Shown: piece after piece, positions 30,705 through 46,482 of the stretch | Numbering within the stretch: the first letter of the stretch is position 1 | How the letters are laid out: the number at the start of each line of letters is the position of its first letter | NCBI GenBank assembly: GCA_964016885.1 | Contig: OZ024747.1 | Span: 75,950,001-76,014,000, forward strand | DNA length: 64,000 nucleotides | Direction: 5' to 3' | Source of the DNA: Eledone cirrhosa | Lineage: Eukaryota | The notes under the pieces: model-generated | What the model saw: only the letters and a program-made list of their open reading frames with translations | What the model was told of the DNA's origin: nothing | The model's database searches: none | Translations under genes and position numbers: made by a program

Positions 30705-31069
30705 ACATGTATGTGTGTGTGTGTGTGTGTGTGTGTATGTTGTTGTTGTATATATTTATATATACGCATAAACAACTAGATACATATGGACTACAGAGAT
30801 TATAGTATGATGGGTCTTTCTAATACTCGGAATTAATCCAATTGTCCATGTCGCCGATAAGTTTGCTATAGCTTCTGTCTGAATACAAGACTTAATGAAG
30901 ATATTGTGTTGATCTTTCTTTGAACATTGCTTGTTTTAATTGTACTAATTTAATCGTACTATTCTTTTGCTGATCAACAAGAATGAATGTTTGAATAATG
31001 TATCTCATTCGATAAAACGTACACACATACCAGTATAGTTAGACGTCTAAATACACACACAGGCTCGCA

Positions 31070-31100
<31 letters not shown>

Positions 31101-31314
31101 GCATATATATATACATACACATACACAGACGCATACACACACACATACAGACACAAGCACATATATATTATATATATATATGGAGAGAGAGAGAAAGAGG
31201 TAAAATATGTCTGATTATATATTGTACTGTGCATGATTACATTCATTTGGTGATATATGTGTGTAGTTTATTTTCACTCACGGTATACTTTTAATAATTA
31301 TTATCTATTCTTAG

Positions 31315-31614
31315 GGCGGTGGATTGGCAGTATCAGTAGAGGGTCGGACGCCATGCTTTCCAGCATAGTTACGTCCCTTTATGATCAAATCCCGCCGAGG
31401 TTGACTTTGCCTTTCATCCTTACGGGGTCGATAAAATAAAGTACCAGTAATGCACTGGTAAATTGCTGGTCTTGTGCCTAAAGTAAAGACAATTATCTAT
31501 TCTTAGTTCAAATCCCGCCGAGGTTAACTTTGCCTTTCATCCTTACAGGGTCGATAAAATAAAGTACCAGTAATATACTGGTTAATTGCTGGCCTTGTGC
31601 CAAAAGTAGAAACA
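31315..31614 (+). mobile_element. SINE family A: full copy (31315-31491) plus a tandem 5'-truncated copy (31507-31614)
   Basis: Family sequence. The 15-mer ATTATCTATTCTTAG occurs at 31300 and 31492, and with 1 mismatch at 31615. Confidence 0.9.
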
Positions 31615-31685
31615 ATTATCTATACTTAGTCAATATATCAATAAATTTCTCTGTAGCCTCTCACTGTCTCTTTTATAGGGGTGGT

Positions 31686-33068
31686 GAGATCACGAATAAC
31701 CCACTTTCTTGAAAACAACCTCTGCTGAACTGCAACCAACATGGGTTCCGTAATGGAAGGTACTGCCTAACGCAGCTCCTGCATCACTTTGACGATGTTT
31801 TGAGAGCCTTGGGAGAGGACTCCAACACTGATGTCATCTACCTTGATTTCAGCAAGGCCTTCGACAGGGTTGATCATAAGATTCTACTGAAAAAAACTAT
31901 CCAATGTTGGTGTCTCTGGAAGGTTACTACAGTGGATCAAATGTTTCCTGACAAACAGAACCCAGCATGTTGTAAACGAAGGAATAAAATCAAGCCATGT
32001 CAAAGTCAGCAGTGGCGTCCCACAAGGCACTGTGTTGGGCCCACTTCTTTTCATCATCTACATTAATGACATTACTGACATCATCAAACACAGCAACATC
32101 AGAATCTTCGCAGATGATTCCAAGCTCCAAAGGGTCATCAATGAGGTGGGTGACGGGACTTGCCTTCAGTCAGACCTACTGGCTGTTATCCAGTGGGCAG
32201 AGATGAATAATATACTGTTGAATGGGGATAAATTTGAACTAATCCACTTTGGAAAAAGGGATGCCCTGAAACTACCATACTCTCTTCCTTCGGGCGAAAC
32301 TCTAGTGGCTTCCATTAACATCAGAGATCTGGGAGTAATTGTGGACAACAATATAAGCTGGGCCACTCATATAAACAGCAAAGTTGATATGGCCCGCAGA
32401 ATGTGTTCCTGGACTCTCAGAACTTTCCAGTCGAGAGATATCCACACCGTTGTCCTTCTCTTCTCCACTTTTGCCCGACCCCACCTTGAATATTGTTGTC
32501 CACTGTGGTCACCTTACACGAAACAAAGTATCATGAAAGTTGAAGCACCTCAAAAGTCAATTACAAAAAAGATAGTTGGTATGACAGGCCTTGACTATTG
32601 GGGTCGATTAGAAAAGCTCAAACTTTATTCTCTTCAACGTCGCCGTGAGCGCTACATTATCTGTATGATGTGGAAAATATTTCATCAGCTTAGCCCAAAT
32701 GATGTTGGCATCACCTTTAGTGTTCACCCAAGGTTTGGGCTCCGTGCTATCCGCCCACGTCAAAAATCCCACTCGCATCACATAACAACAATACGGCACA
32801 ATTATTTCACCTCAATTGGCCCTGCACTCTTTAACATTACACCAAAACACATCAAAGCAGAGACAGACCCCATCAAGTTCAAGAAGTCTTTGGATAAATT
32901 CCTTCAAGAAATCCCGGATAAGCCTCCTACACCCGGATATGCCTCCGTAAACAATAACTCTCTGCTCGAGTGGGCCATGGTGCCCATACACCGATTTGTA
33001 AGACTTCGCCAGGGGGTGCTATTAAGTTAGACATGGCCTGGGCCAATACTGGCCGAAACCTATCAAAG

Positions 33069-33070
<2 letters not shown>
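31686..33070 (+). mobile_element. 5'-truncated CR1-group LINE (RT and C-terminal region), frameshifted
   Basis: [60 protein letters not shown] and LYSLQRRRERY. Frameshift in the A-run near 31890. Ends at (TA)n. Confidence 0.92.
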
Positions 33071-33120
<50 letters not shown>

Positions 33121-33132
33121 ACAGAGAAATTT

Positions 33133-33183
<51 letters not shown>

Positions 33184-33206
33184 GAAATTTCTCTGTATAC
33201 ATATAC

Positions 33207-33278
<72 letters not shown>

Positions 33279-34007
33279 TAGTAATAATAATATATATATA
33301 ATACAAAGACCAAAATCCAGAGTGGCCTCGATATGAGTTGTATATATATATATATGCCTGTATATATGCATGTGTGTAAGAATACTCACACACATACACA
33401 CATATAATATCACTTCTATGTTCTACATTTTAGACATTTCCAATGTTTACTTTATCACCCAAAACTGTCACTGTCGACTTATACGTCAACAGTGACGTAT
33501 TTCCTTTATGTATGATATACAAACAATATACTCACAAGCAACAGGCACACGCCATACTATATATATATTATTGTGAAGTGTATTTCGATATAAACTATTT
33601 CCTTGATAGCTGTCTCTCCCCAGTGGCTCTCCTCATTCCGTACGTTCACTTGCATTTCATCATGTTGCATTCAGTGACAAAGCTTCACGTTTTAAATAGA
33701 TTCTTACTTTCTATTATCCGAATCATAAGTTTTCTTGTACTGTACCAAACCAATGTCGTTGACATATTTCTCTGACTTTGCTTGCCACAACAACACATGT
33801 TTTCCTCAGGCTATAAACTTTTCACGTCAAGAAATGAATGCACATTATTTGCGAAGATACAAGATAGAGGTTTTCATATCAATAGTAGACATGTTTGATG
33901 AATATAGTTGAAGTCATTTCCTTTGAGGAGTCTCATGAGGAATCCTTTAACACCCAATTTGACCGTCCTTTTGAAAACCACGTAAGCAAACTGTTCTCAT
34001 AGTCATT

Positions 34008-34400
34008 GAGGTAGAGCGTCGGATATTACGCTTTCTGGCATAGAGTTACGGCCCTTTACGTTCTGAGTTCAAATCTCACCGAGGTTAGCTGTGCCTTTCA
34101 TCCTTACGGAGTCGGTTAAAATAAAGTACCAGTAACACAATGGGGTCGATTTAATCGATTTTCCCTTCCCCAAAATTGTTGGCCTTGTGCCTACATCAGA
34201 AACAATTGTGGATTGCCAGTATCGGTAGAGGATCGGACGCCATGCTTTGCAGGAAAGAATTACGGCCCTTTATGATCTGAGGTCAAATCCCGCCGAGGTT
34301 AACTTTGCCTTTCCTCCTTATGGGGTCGATAAAATAAAGTACCAGTAATACACTGGGATAATGGCTGGCCTTGTGCCAATAATAGACACAATTATTATTA
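34008..34400 (+). mobile_element. Head-to-tail SINE family A dimer (long-tail 34008-34208, short-tail 34209-34400)
   Basis: Two consecutive family copies. Box B GAGTTCAAATC at 34065. Confidence 0.9.
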
Positions 34401-34794
34401 ATCTCACATACTGTTTCTAACTGTCCATATTTTGTACAAAGAACATTCTATATATTTTTTACTAATGGAAATAAAAAAAACTATTTTGCACAGCCTACAT
34501 TCCCATATTAACATCTAGCTTGTCAGGGTTTACTTGCAAAAGGCAATTTATCAATTTTTCCCAAAGTTCCAATGACAACTGGTAGGTGTTTTGTTGACAG
34601 TTTTTTTTTTCAGAACTACTACTACTTCTTCCAGTTCCTCTTCTTCTTCTTCTTCTTCTTCTTCTTCTTCTTCTTCTTCTTCTTCTTCTTCTTCTTCTCA
34701 TGTTATTATTATGAGTAATAGTTGAGAAAGCCCAACTGCCTTATCCAATTCTATCAACTATTATTTATAGTGATCGACCATTATTATTATAGAC

Positions 34795-35048
34795 GGGGAA
34801 TTGGCAGTATCGGTAGAGGGTTGAACGCCATGCTTTCTAGCATAGTTACGTCCCTTTATGGTCTGAGTTCAAATCCCGCCGACGTTAACTTTGCCTTTCA
34901 TCCTTACAGGGTCGATAACATAAAGTACTGGGTAATTGCGGGCCTTGTGCCTAAGGTAGAAACAATGAATATCGACGGGGGTCGATACAATAAAGTACCA
35001 GTAATGTACTGGGTAATTGCTGGCCTTGTGCCAAAAGTAGATAGTTAT
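34795..35048 (+). mobile_element. SINE family A with a duplicated 3' segment
   Basis: Box A-like TGGCAGTATCGG at 34802, box B GAGTTCAAATCC at 34865. The GGCCTTGTGCC tail is present twice. Confidence 0.9.
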
Positions 35049-35251
35049 AGAGGTGCGTATATACATTTTGATTTATATTTTTAATTATTGTGTGTCTACC
35101 CTGCCTTCCATAGAATATAGATTCCCTACACTGGTGGTTTCCCTGTTTTATTGATGGCGCACTATCTCTCTCTAGTGTGTTACCTTTCAAACATATTGTA
35201 TGTGTATATATATATATATATGTGTGTATGTATGCATGTATATATATATAA

Positions 35252-35282
<31 letters not shown>

Positions 35283-35308
35283 CCTATATGTATATATAAA
35301 CACACACG

Positions 35309-35342
<34 letters not shown>

Positions 35343-35343
35343 A

Positions 35344-35615
35344 ATCAATGATATTAATAAATGGAAACTATATGTATAAAACCATATTTATTCTATTATA
35401 TATATTTAAAGGGTACCAAAACTTAGGTATGCTCTCATCAGATAAAATACAAAGTTTTTTTTAATAAAGTTTTTTTTTTAATAAATATTAACATATCCAG
35501 GAATGAGGCCGTAACGGTTCAGGTTTCACGAAACGTTATAAATATAGTTTCCATTTATTAATATCATTGATATTATACTCCAGAAAACTTGTCGAGTGCT
35601 TCGAATCTGTTATAA
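35344..35615. repeat. (TA)n-flanked segment with a 36-bp inverted repeat
   Basis: Arms at 35344-35379 and 35536-35571 (1 mismatch). The right arm starts within GAAACGTTA. Confidence 0.75.
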
Positions 35616-35649
35616 ATATATATATTTGTTGAATTACCAACAAATTAAG

Positions 35650-38013
<2,364 letters not shown>

Positions 38014-38076
38014 ATGGTAAAAGAGTAACAGGTAAAAGAGTAAAAGAGTAAAAGAGTATGTATATATATATATACA

Positions 38077-39893
38077 TACTCTTTTTACTCTTTTACTCTT
38101 TTACCTGTTTCAGCCATCCGGCTGAGGCCATGCTGGGGCACCGCCCTTGTTGCTACACATTTTATCTCCAGCCTGTACAGGTTGGCCACTGGTGTAGGAG
38201 GGAGTTTGTTGCTGCTGCCCTTAGGTTTCCCTCGTGTCTTGCTGTGGGCTCATCCGGGATCCTGGATAAGAAGGTGTCGAGATGTTTCTTAAAGACATCC
38301 ACCTCACGTCATGCAAGTCTCGCAGATGCCTCGGCAGCTTGTTGAAGAGTTGAGGGCCCTTGATCCCAGGCTATTGCAATACCTGCTCCTTATTCTAGAT
38401 GTGGAAGACGGGACCTTTGGCACCACACAGTGACGTCCTGTTCGACGGTTGGTCCAGCTCCCAATGCCAAAGTTTGGTGCTAGTCCCTCCAGGATTTTCC
38501 ACATGTAGATCACTGCGTATCTCTCCCGTCTTCGCTCCAAGGAGTAGAGGTTTAGTTCCTTCAGCCTCTCCCAGTAGCTTGTCTCCCTCATCTTGGCAAT
38601 CCTCTTGGTGTAGCTTCGCTGGAATGCCTCAAGCTCTGTGGTTAGTTTGACACTATGGGGTGACCACAGCTGGGAGCAGTAGTCCAGGCGGCTTAGGACA
38701 AAAGTCCTCCACAGTGTCAACATGGTGTCTCGATCTCTTGTAAGGAAAGTCCTCAAGATCCAGCCAGCGAATCGTCTACATGCTGTCGCCACCTTCATGA
38801 TGTGTGAAGAAAAAGATGCATCATCGCTCATGTCTATGCCCAGGTCTCGTATCGATTTTGACACGGGGATATCGGTCCCTCCTGGTCCTGTGTAGCTGTG
38901 TTCCGCTATATTTGTGTTTGTGTTTGCAGGTTTGTATTGTAGGGCTTGGAATTTGCCAGCATTAAACTGCATGTTGTTTTCTTCCGCCCATCTGTATATG
39001 GCATCCAGATCCTGCTGTAAGAGGGCAGCGTCAGCCGGGTTTTTGATTGCCTGTGCTACCTTAGTGTCATCAGCATAGCTAGTGAGGGATGTTGTTGCAT
39101 GCACCACAGAGGGCATGTCCGAGAGAGCCACCAAAAACAGTAGTGGTCCCAGGACTGTCCCCTGAGGCACCCCACTTGTTATCGGTGTTTCCCTCGAGAG
39201 GGCCCCATTTGCTGCGACTGCCTGGCTTCTGTCCCTTAGGAAGCCATGCAGCCACTCACCTACTTTTCCAGCTATGCCGAGTCCGTGTAGTTTGTGACAT
39301 ATCATTCCGTGGTCGACCTTGTCAAAGGCCTTTGCAAAGTCAAGATATATCACGTCTACATGTGAGCTGTCTAGTAGCTGTCTCAGTACCCAGTCGTAGT
39401 GATGTAGCAGCTGTGTAAGGCAGCTTCTTCCTGGGCGGAAGCCATGTTGCGTGCTAGTCAGGCGGTCATTTTCTTCGAGGAAAGTGATTAGTTTCTTTTT
39501 GACGACTCGCTCCATGACCTTACTGATATGCGACGTCAGGGAGACTGGCCTATAGTTCTTGGCCTCCGCTCTACTACCTCCTTTATGGATAGGGCATATT
39601 GTGCCTTCTTTCAGCTCCCTGGGTAGTACACCGCTAGCCAAGGAGCTTCTGAAGAGCATCTTCAGTGGAGTTGCTAAGGCCCGCTTACATATTTTTAGGA
39701 GAACTGCTGGGAATCCATCAGGTCCAGCAGCCGAGTCTGTTCTAATTTCATCAATGGCGTACACCACATCCTCCTCCGTTATGTCTATGTGGTTGATGGT
39801 TGCCATTTCTTGATGTAGTGTTGTGGCATCAAAGAACTCCTCTGGCTTCGTTATTTGCATGTGCCTCAGTGGACATGTGAAGACACTTTTGTA
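38077..39893 (-). mobile_element. 5'-truncated CR1-group LINE (second family) with a (GAGTAAAA)n tail
   Basis: [58 protein letters not shown] and [11 protein letters not shown]. Frameshift near 38365. Confidence 0.95.
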
Positions 39894-41040
<1,147 letters not shown>

Positions 41041-41317
41041 AATAAACACCATGGAAAGATATCATCTATTAATAATAGTAGATAAATACGTGGCGGCGGC
41101 ACATCAAATATAATATGTACATACAGTACAAATAAACAACACACACACACACACATACTCATACACGCACAACAACAACAACAACAACACATGACTAACA
41201 ATCACAGCAGGCGAATATTTGTTGTCACTTAGCAAAATCAACCAACCAGAAAAATTATATGAATCGTGAGTGGTATTCAGGTTAGACAGCTTATATGAAG
41301 AATAAAAACATTTTCCC

Positions 41318-41469
<152 letters not shown>

Positions 41470-41904
41470 AGTATTCTTGTTTGTGTTTTCTTTTAACACT
41501 TTTTTTACCATCCTTAATATACTGAATCTTTAGGGGAATCAGATCTTGTATTGGTCGGAAATAAAGCAAACGGTTTATTTTAGTAAAAATGAAAGGAACA
41601 CAAAAAAATTCTATGAAGAAAATAAATATTTGAAGTGGGTGAAGTAACCAGGGTTGTCGCTGGATTGGGGGAAGAAATATCAAATATGAATTATAGAAAT
41701 CTAAAGAAAATAATAAGCAAATACTAATATACTAAATGTGAGAAGAATTATATAAAATATTACTATGATGTTGTTGAATATTATAAATTCATCCATAATA
41801 ATCGAGGAGTTATTATTATCATAAATATGAAAATTATGATCGTGTTTATCATTATCCTCTTCATAATTACAACTATAATCATCATTAGCAACAAGATCAG
41901 CTGC

Positions 41905-42165
41905 ATCACCATCACCACCACACCACCATCACCACCACTACCTCCACCACTACCACCACTACCACCACACTCTCACCGCCACCACCATCACCACTACCAT
42001 TTCCAGCACTACCAACACCACCACCAACATCACCATCACCACTACCATCACCACCACCATAATCATCATCATCATCATCACACGCGTTCCTATCCCTGTT
42101 ACTGTTACTACCACCACTGCCACCGCCACCACCACTACCACCACTACCACCACTGCCACCACTGC
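41905..42165. repeat. Imperfect (CAC)n/(CAT)n microsatellite
   Basis: Read directly. Confidence 0.9.
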
Positions 42166-42354
42166 TATCCTTGTCATAACTTTGGGCCCCCTGATATTTA
42201 CTTAAGTTCACATTATGCCTCTACGCTAATTATTTTGTTAGAAATGAAAATATATCGTACGTGCCAAAACATTGGGCTTGATATAATTAAAAGAATCATG
42301 GAATTCACAGAAAAATAATACTAACATTTATATATATTAAAACGACTAAACAGA

Positions 42355-42655
42355 TACTCGTTTACTATTTTACTGATTTCACTCATTAGATTGCAGCTAT
42401 GCTTAACACTGCATTTAAAGTGATTTTATAAGTAGGTTGTAATAATTATTTTCATCAATACTGTTATGTATTTACCGACGTGATGTTGCTGCACCGATAG
42501 AGTACGGTTCATAATAGGTTTCTGCAGTTTCTGCCAACTATATTCCACCCTCAAGGCTCTGGTCAACACGAGGTTGTAGTAGAGGACAAATGTCGAAGTG
42601 CGGTGTACTGGGACAGTTGGGAAGTGAATTCCTTAACAGTACAACCTTGCGTATA
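42355..42655 (-). mobile_element. Decayed SINE family C with a CR1-like tail
   Basis: TTTTACTGATTTCACTCATTAGATTGCAGCTATGCT resembles the CR1 end at 38099-38134. The body (CAAGGCTCTGGTC..GTAGTAGAGGACA..GTTGGGAAG) resembles an abundant octopus SINE, from memory. Confidence 0.5.
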
Positions 42656-43389
42656 TCAACAAATTATATTAAAAAAGCAAAACAAATGTAATATTAAGAA
42701 ATGTGTTTAGAATAAGATGTAGTTGGTGTTTTTGTTTAATCTCAGATCTGGCATTCCTTCAATTCTGTATCGTAGAATACGTTGATTAATTTTGTATAAT
42801 ACATTTACTACCATAAATAAAGAGAAAATACATTAATCAACAAAAATTAAATAGGTGGGATTTAAACATTTTACTGGTTTTAGTCTGATATTGCTCAACC
42901 TTTATTCATAAAACTGATGAGTTACACCGATAAATATCAGTATATGCATGGAACCAGATATATACGTATATATCACAACATAATTCTACACAAATCGAAA
43001 TCACGCACCGGGCTATCAAATTAATATTATGCACTGTTAGTCAACCCAATGATGTAGTAAAACCGCATGCAACGTGAGATCGAAGCCGTAATGACATTAT
43101 TACGTATCTAATTGTTCAACCATATCGCCATACAAGCGTTTAGCATTTAATTTTTTAAATGATAATCAATAATAAGGAAATGTAATATGAGGGGGAAAAA
43201 AGAGATAATTGACTATACATGCATAGTCCTGTATCTCCCGAGGGAGTCGTAGGGGCGCTGTATTGAAATACGGCATTTCTAGGGCCTTTTGTTAACCTGG
43301 TGGAGCCATCTTCCCTCCAGGTCTAGATACAACAGCTTTCTTCCAGAGAAGGAGAGATAGTGAGAAAGAGGAATTAAGAAAGAGGAAGT

Positions 43390-43530
43390 ATCGACCCCAG
43401 TAATGTTTTTATCGACCTCGAGTTGATGAAAGGTGAAGTTGATCTCGGCGGGATTTGAACTCAGAGAGTAGAGAGCTAGGAGGAATAGTGCAAAAATCTA
43501 TTCGACGCTCCAACGACTCTGCTAATTCGC
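43390..43530 (-). mobile_element. Diverged SINE family A-related copy (head and core)
   Basis: GGCGGGATTTGAACTCAGA, GATGAAAGG and TTTATCGACC. Confidence 0.75.
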
Positions 43531-44420
43531 TGCATATAACTGACAATAATAATAATTTATAAACATAGATTCTTTTTTTTTTTCAACCAAATAAAAAATT
43601 CAAAAACATTCTTCAATGAAACGAAAGGCACAAAACATATCGGAAGCTAGATCACAAAATATAAAAATACTCTGTGGAAACATATGCAACAGAAATATAT
43701 ATAGCCTCTTTATATCGTACAGTGAGTTATAGCGGGAAACGAATATAATATTCCATAAAAATCACAATAATTGCCCATCACATTTAAATAGGAATTTAGA
43801 AGCGTGATCCTCTTAGAATTTCTGAAGTGCCAAATTTTTAGTTATGATAAACAAAGTACAGACAGTACCTATGAACATGATGCACATGTAATTCAAGGAA
43901 TTGCTACAGGGACCCAAAGTAAATAGCTGACATTTTAAATAAAAAAGTAAAATAACATTAATTACTTCTAATAAAAACATCAAGGATTCCATTTCCTAAA
44001 ATCTAGTAAACAGTTTATCAACAAATTATAAGTCCCTAATATCTAATATAGCTTTACCATTTAAACGAGCATCTGGATAATATTAACATCTTCCCAGAGA
44101 AACCGAAAAAGGTGTCGTGAAGGGGAAAGTATGGATGCAAAACTGTTTAGTTTTTATATCATTAATATTATTTTTGTTAGTATTATTATTATAAGTAGTA
44201 GTAGTAGTACTAGTAGTAGTAGTAGTAATGTTATTATTATTATTAGTCTAAGCGGACGTATTTTGCTCGCTCACAGTAAGTCGCTTTATTTGCCTGTTTA
44301 AATTATTTGTTGTTAAATATTTCTTGTTGTGTAAGGGATATAAGCCCTTAGACTTTGCCCCGTGAAGGGGAAAGTATAATATTTGGGCCTTTTGGCCCAA
44401 ATATTTGAACTTTTTTTTAC

Positions 44421-46449
44421 ATGTTAAAAAATTTACGAAGAAAAAAAAACATGGCTGCGCCACGCCCCCCAGCGATATGTCGGCTGTCGTGCGACAACGA
44501 CGTAGAAGTTGAGAGCAGCGCTACAGCGAAATTAACGCACATTGATAACACAAACACCACCACAAACATTGTAAACAAAGACACCAATGATACCAATAAG
44601 AAAACTAATTTTGAAAAAAATGACAGTAACAGCGACAACGAAAATACAAATACAGATAACAAAAAAAATAACAAATACAACAACAATATCAATACCACTA
44701 ACATGAAAACAAATAGCGACAACACCAAAAGCAACAATACCAACAGCAACAATACCAACTGCACCGAGAACAACGGTGGCAGCAAAGACAACAATGATAA
44801 CAGCGACAGTGCTAACAACAACACCAACAAGAACAACGTCAACAACACCCCCAACGAAAACAAGACCACTTTCGCTGCGGCAGCAGCAAAAAAGAGGCCA
44901 TGCTTCAACATGGACCTCTCAAACAAAGATGAAAAGTTGGCCCAGGCATGGAAGCTTATCAAGCAAGAGCAAACTTGAGCCAACTTAACTATCCCGGTAG
45001 AAGCTATTGAGGCAGTGGAGCGCAAAACGGTGCATTATAGATGCATCTCAGCACAAACCAAAAGGGCAGCGTTAATCCCACAAGAAGATATCGAAGTCGC
45101 GCTGAGGTGCATCAGAGAAGACACCCAGTACATAGAGAGGGGCAGACAGTACGGCACCATTTCGGTGTTGTTCAAGTCAGAAGCCCTCGCGATGAAACAC
45201 GCCATGACTCCTTGCAAAACCAGCAAGGTCATAATGTACCCCTCCCACATGGGAAAAAGAACGGCCCGTCTCCGCATTCCCAGAATCCCACCAGGACTTG
45301 ACATGTGGTGGCTTCTGGGATGTGTGATTGTGGAGGGGACGGATACAGTCCCTATAGAAGTGACCAGAACGGCCAGAGAGGACTGGTCCGGGGTTGACCT
45401 TGAGATCCTTCTCCAGATCAGGCCCGAGAATGTGAAGACAATCCCAGACCACACCCGCCTTCAGAATGGGACTGTCATTCACATTATGACCGAAGGCAAA
45501 AGGCCGCAGTGTTTTGTTTGTGGGGAAAAAAACCCATCTGCGAGCCTTCTGCCCTCAACTGCTGAAAGAGGCAAGGGGTCGAAAGGCTCCACTGCTGCCG
45601 ACGCCGGGGCGAGGACCACAACCAACACCTGCACCGGCAAAACCACCAACAACAACACCAATAGAAAGACCACCACCAACATTGACCACCCAGGGGGGGA
45701 ACGAGGAAAGCTGTCAAATTCCCCCTCCCCCCAAAAAATACACACACCAATAAAACCTTAAACATACATACAGACACACTTACAGAAACAGACCCCTCAT
45801 CTACCAGTAGTGAAAATGAGGGAAATCCAAAATCCCCCAAAATAAAAAAAAGGAAACACAAAAAGAAAAAAAAAACTCAACAAAGCACAAAAGCACACAC
45901 AATAAAAAAAATGCAGACACCACCCACGCAAACATCTCTCCAATAACACCAACATCAACACCACCATCACCATCACCAGAATCCCCCAAACGCAAACAAC
46001 CGAAACAGACGCAAGAACAAATATACACACAAAAATCTGAAACCACAGACATCGCACTCACAACAAACACAGATACAACCGAAACACCACTACCAAAACC
46101 ATCACCACCACAGCCACACAAACAAATAAAATCACACCAACAAAACATACAAAGCCTCGTGCTCGTCAGGAGGGCCAACAAGCAACTGATGGCCCTCGTA
46201 GCACTAAGTGAAAATATACAAAAAGAGGGGGAAATGTTTAAATCGAGCACATTTCGCGTGCCGGAAGATTTGGTTCTGGTGCGAATGTCGCTCGACATAT
46301 TCAAAGAAATACGAGACAGCTTTCCTCGGGACGTGGGAACCCCGAACGTAAAACCCACTTCAAGACTTTTAAAGGGGTTCCCAAAAGAAACCCCACTAAC
46401 TATGGAGGTCGAACAACCCGACCTTCACAAGAGACCGGAAGGTAAGTAA
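44421..46449 (+). pseudogene. Tx1 ORF1 (gag-like; Asn-rich N-terminus, CCHC knuckle), disrupted
   Basis: Stop at 44976. The knuckle CFVCGEK/THLRAFC is split by a frameshift in the A-run near 45530. Further stops occur in the A-rich region. Confidence 0.8.
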
Positions 46450-46482
46450 ACCTTCCTCTCTCTCTCTGTTTAACCTGCCAAC

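Noticed and set aside
34800-34880. tRNA genes
   Set aside because: The box A/B motifs belong to SINE heads, and no cloverleaf forms.
41827-42318. His/Pro-rich or Gly-rich ORFs
   Set aside because: Translation of a (CAC)n/(CAT)n microsatellite with no domain or splice support.
43225-43390. Alternative tail on the SINE at 43390 (tail swap)
   Set aside because: Seen only once and separated by a low-complexity GA tract; it may be an unrelated adjacent repeat.
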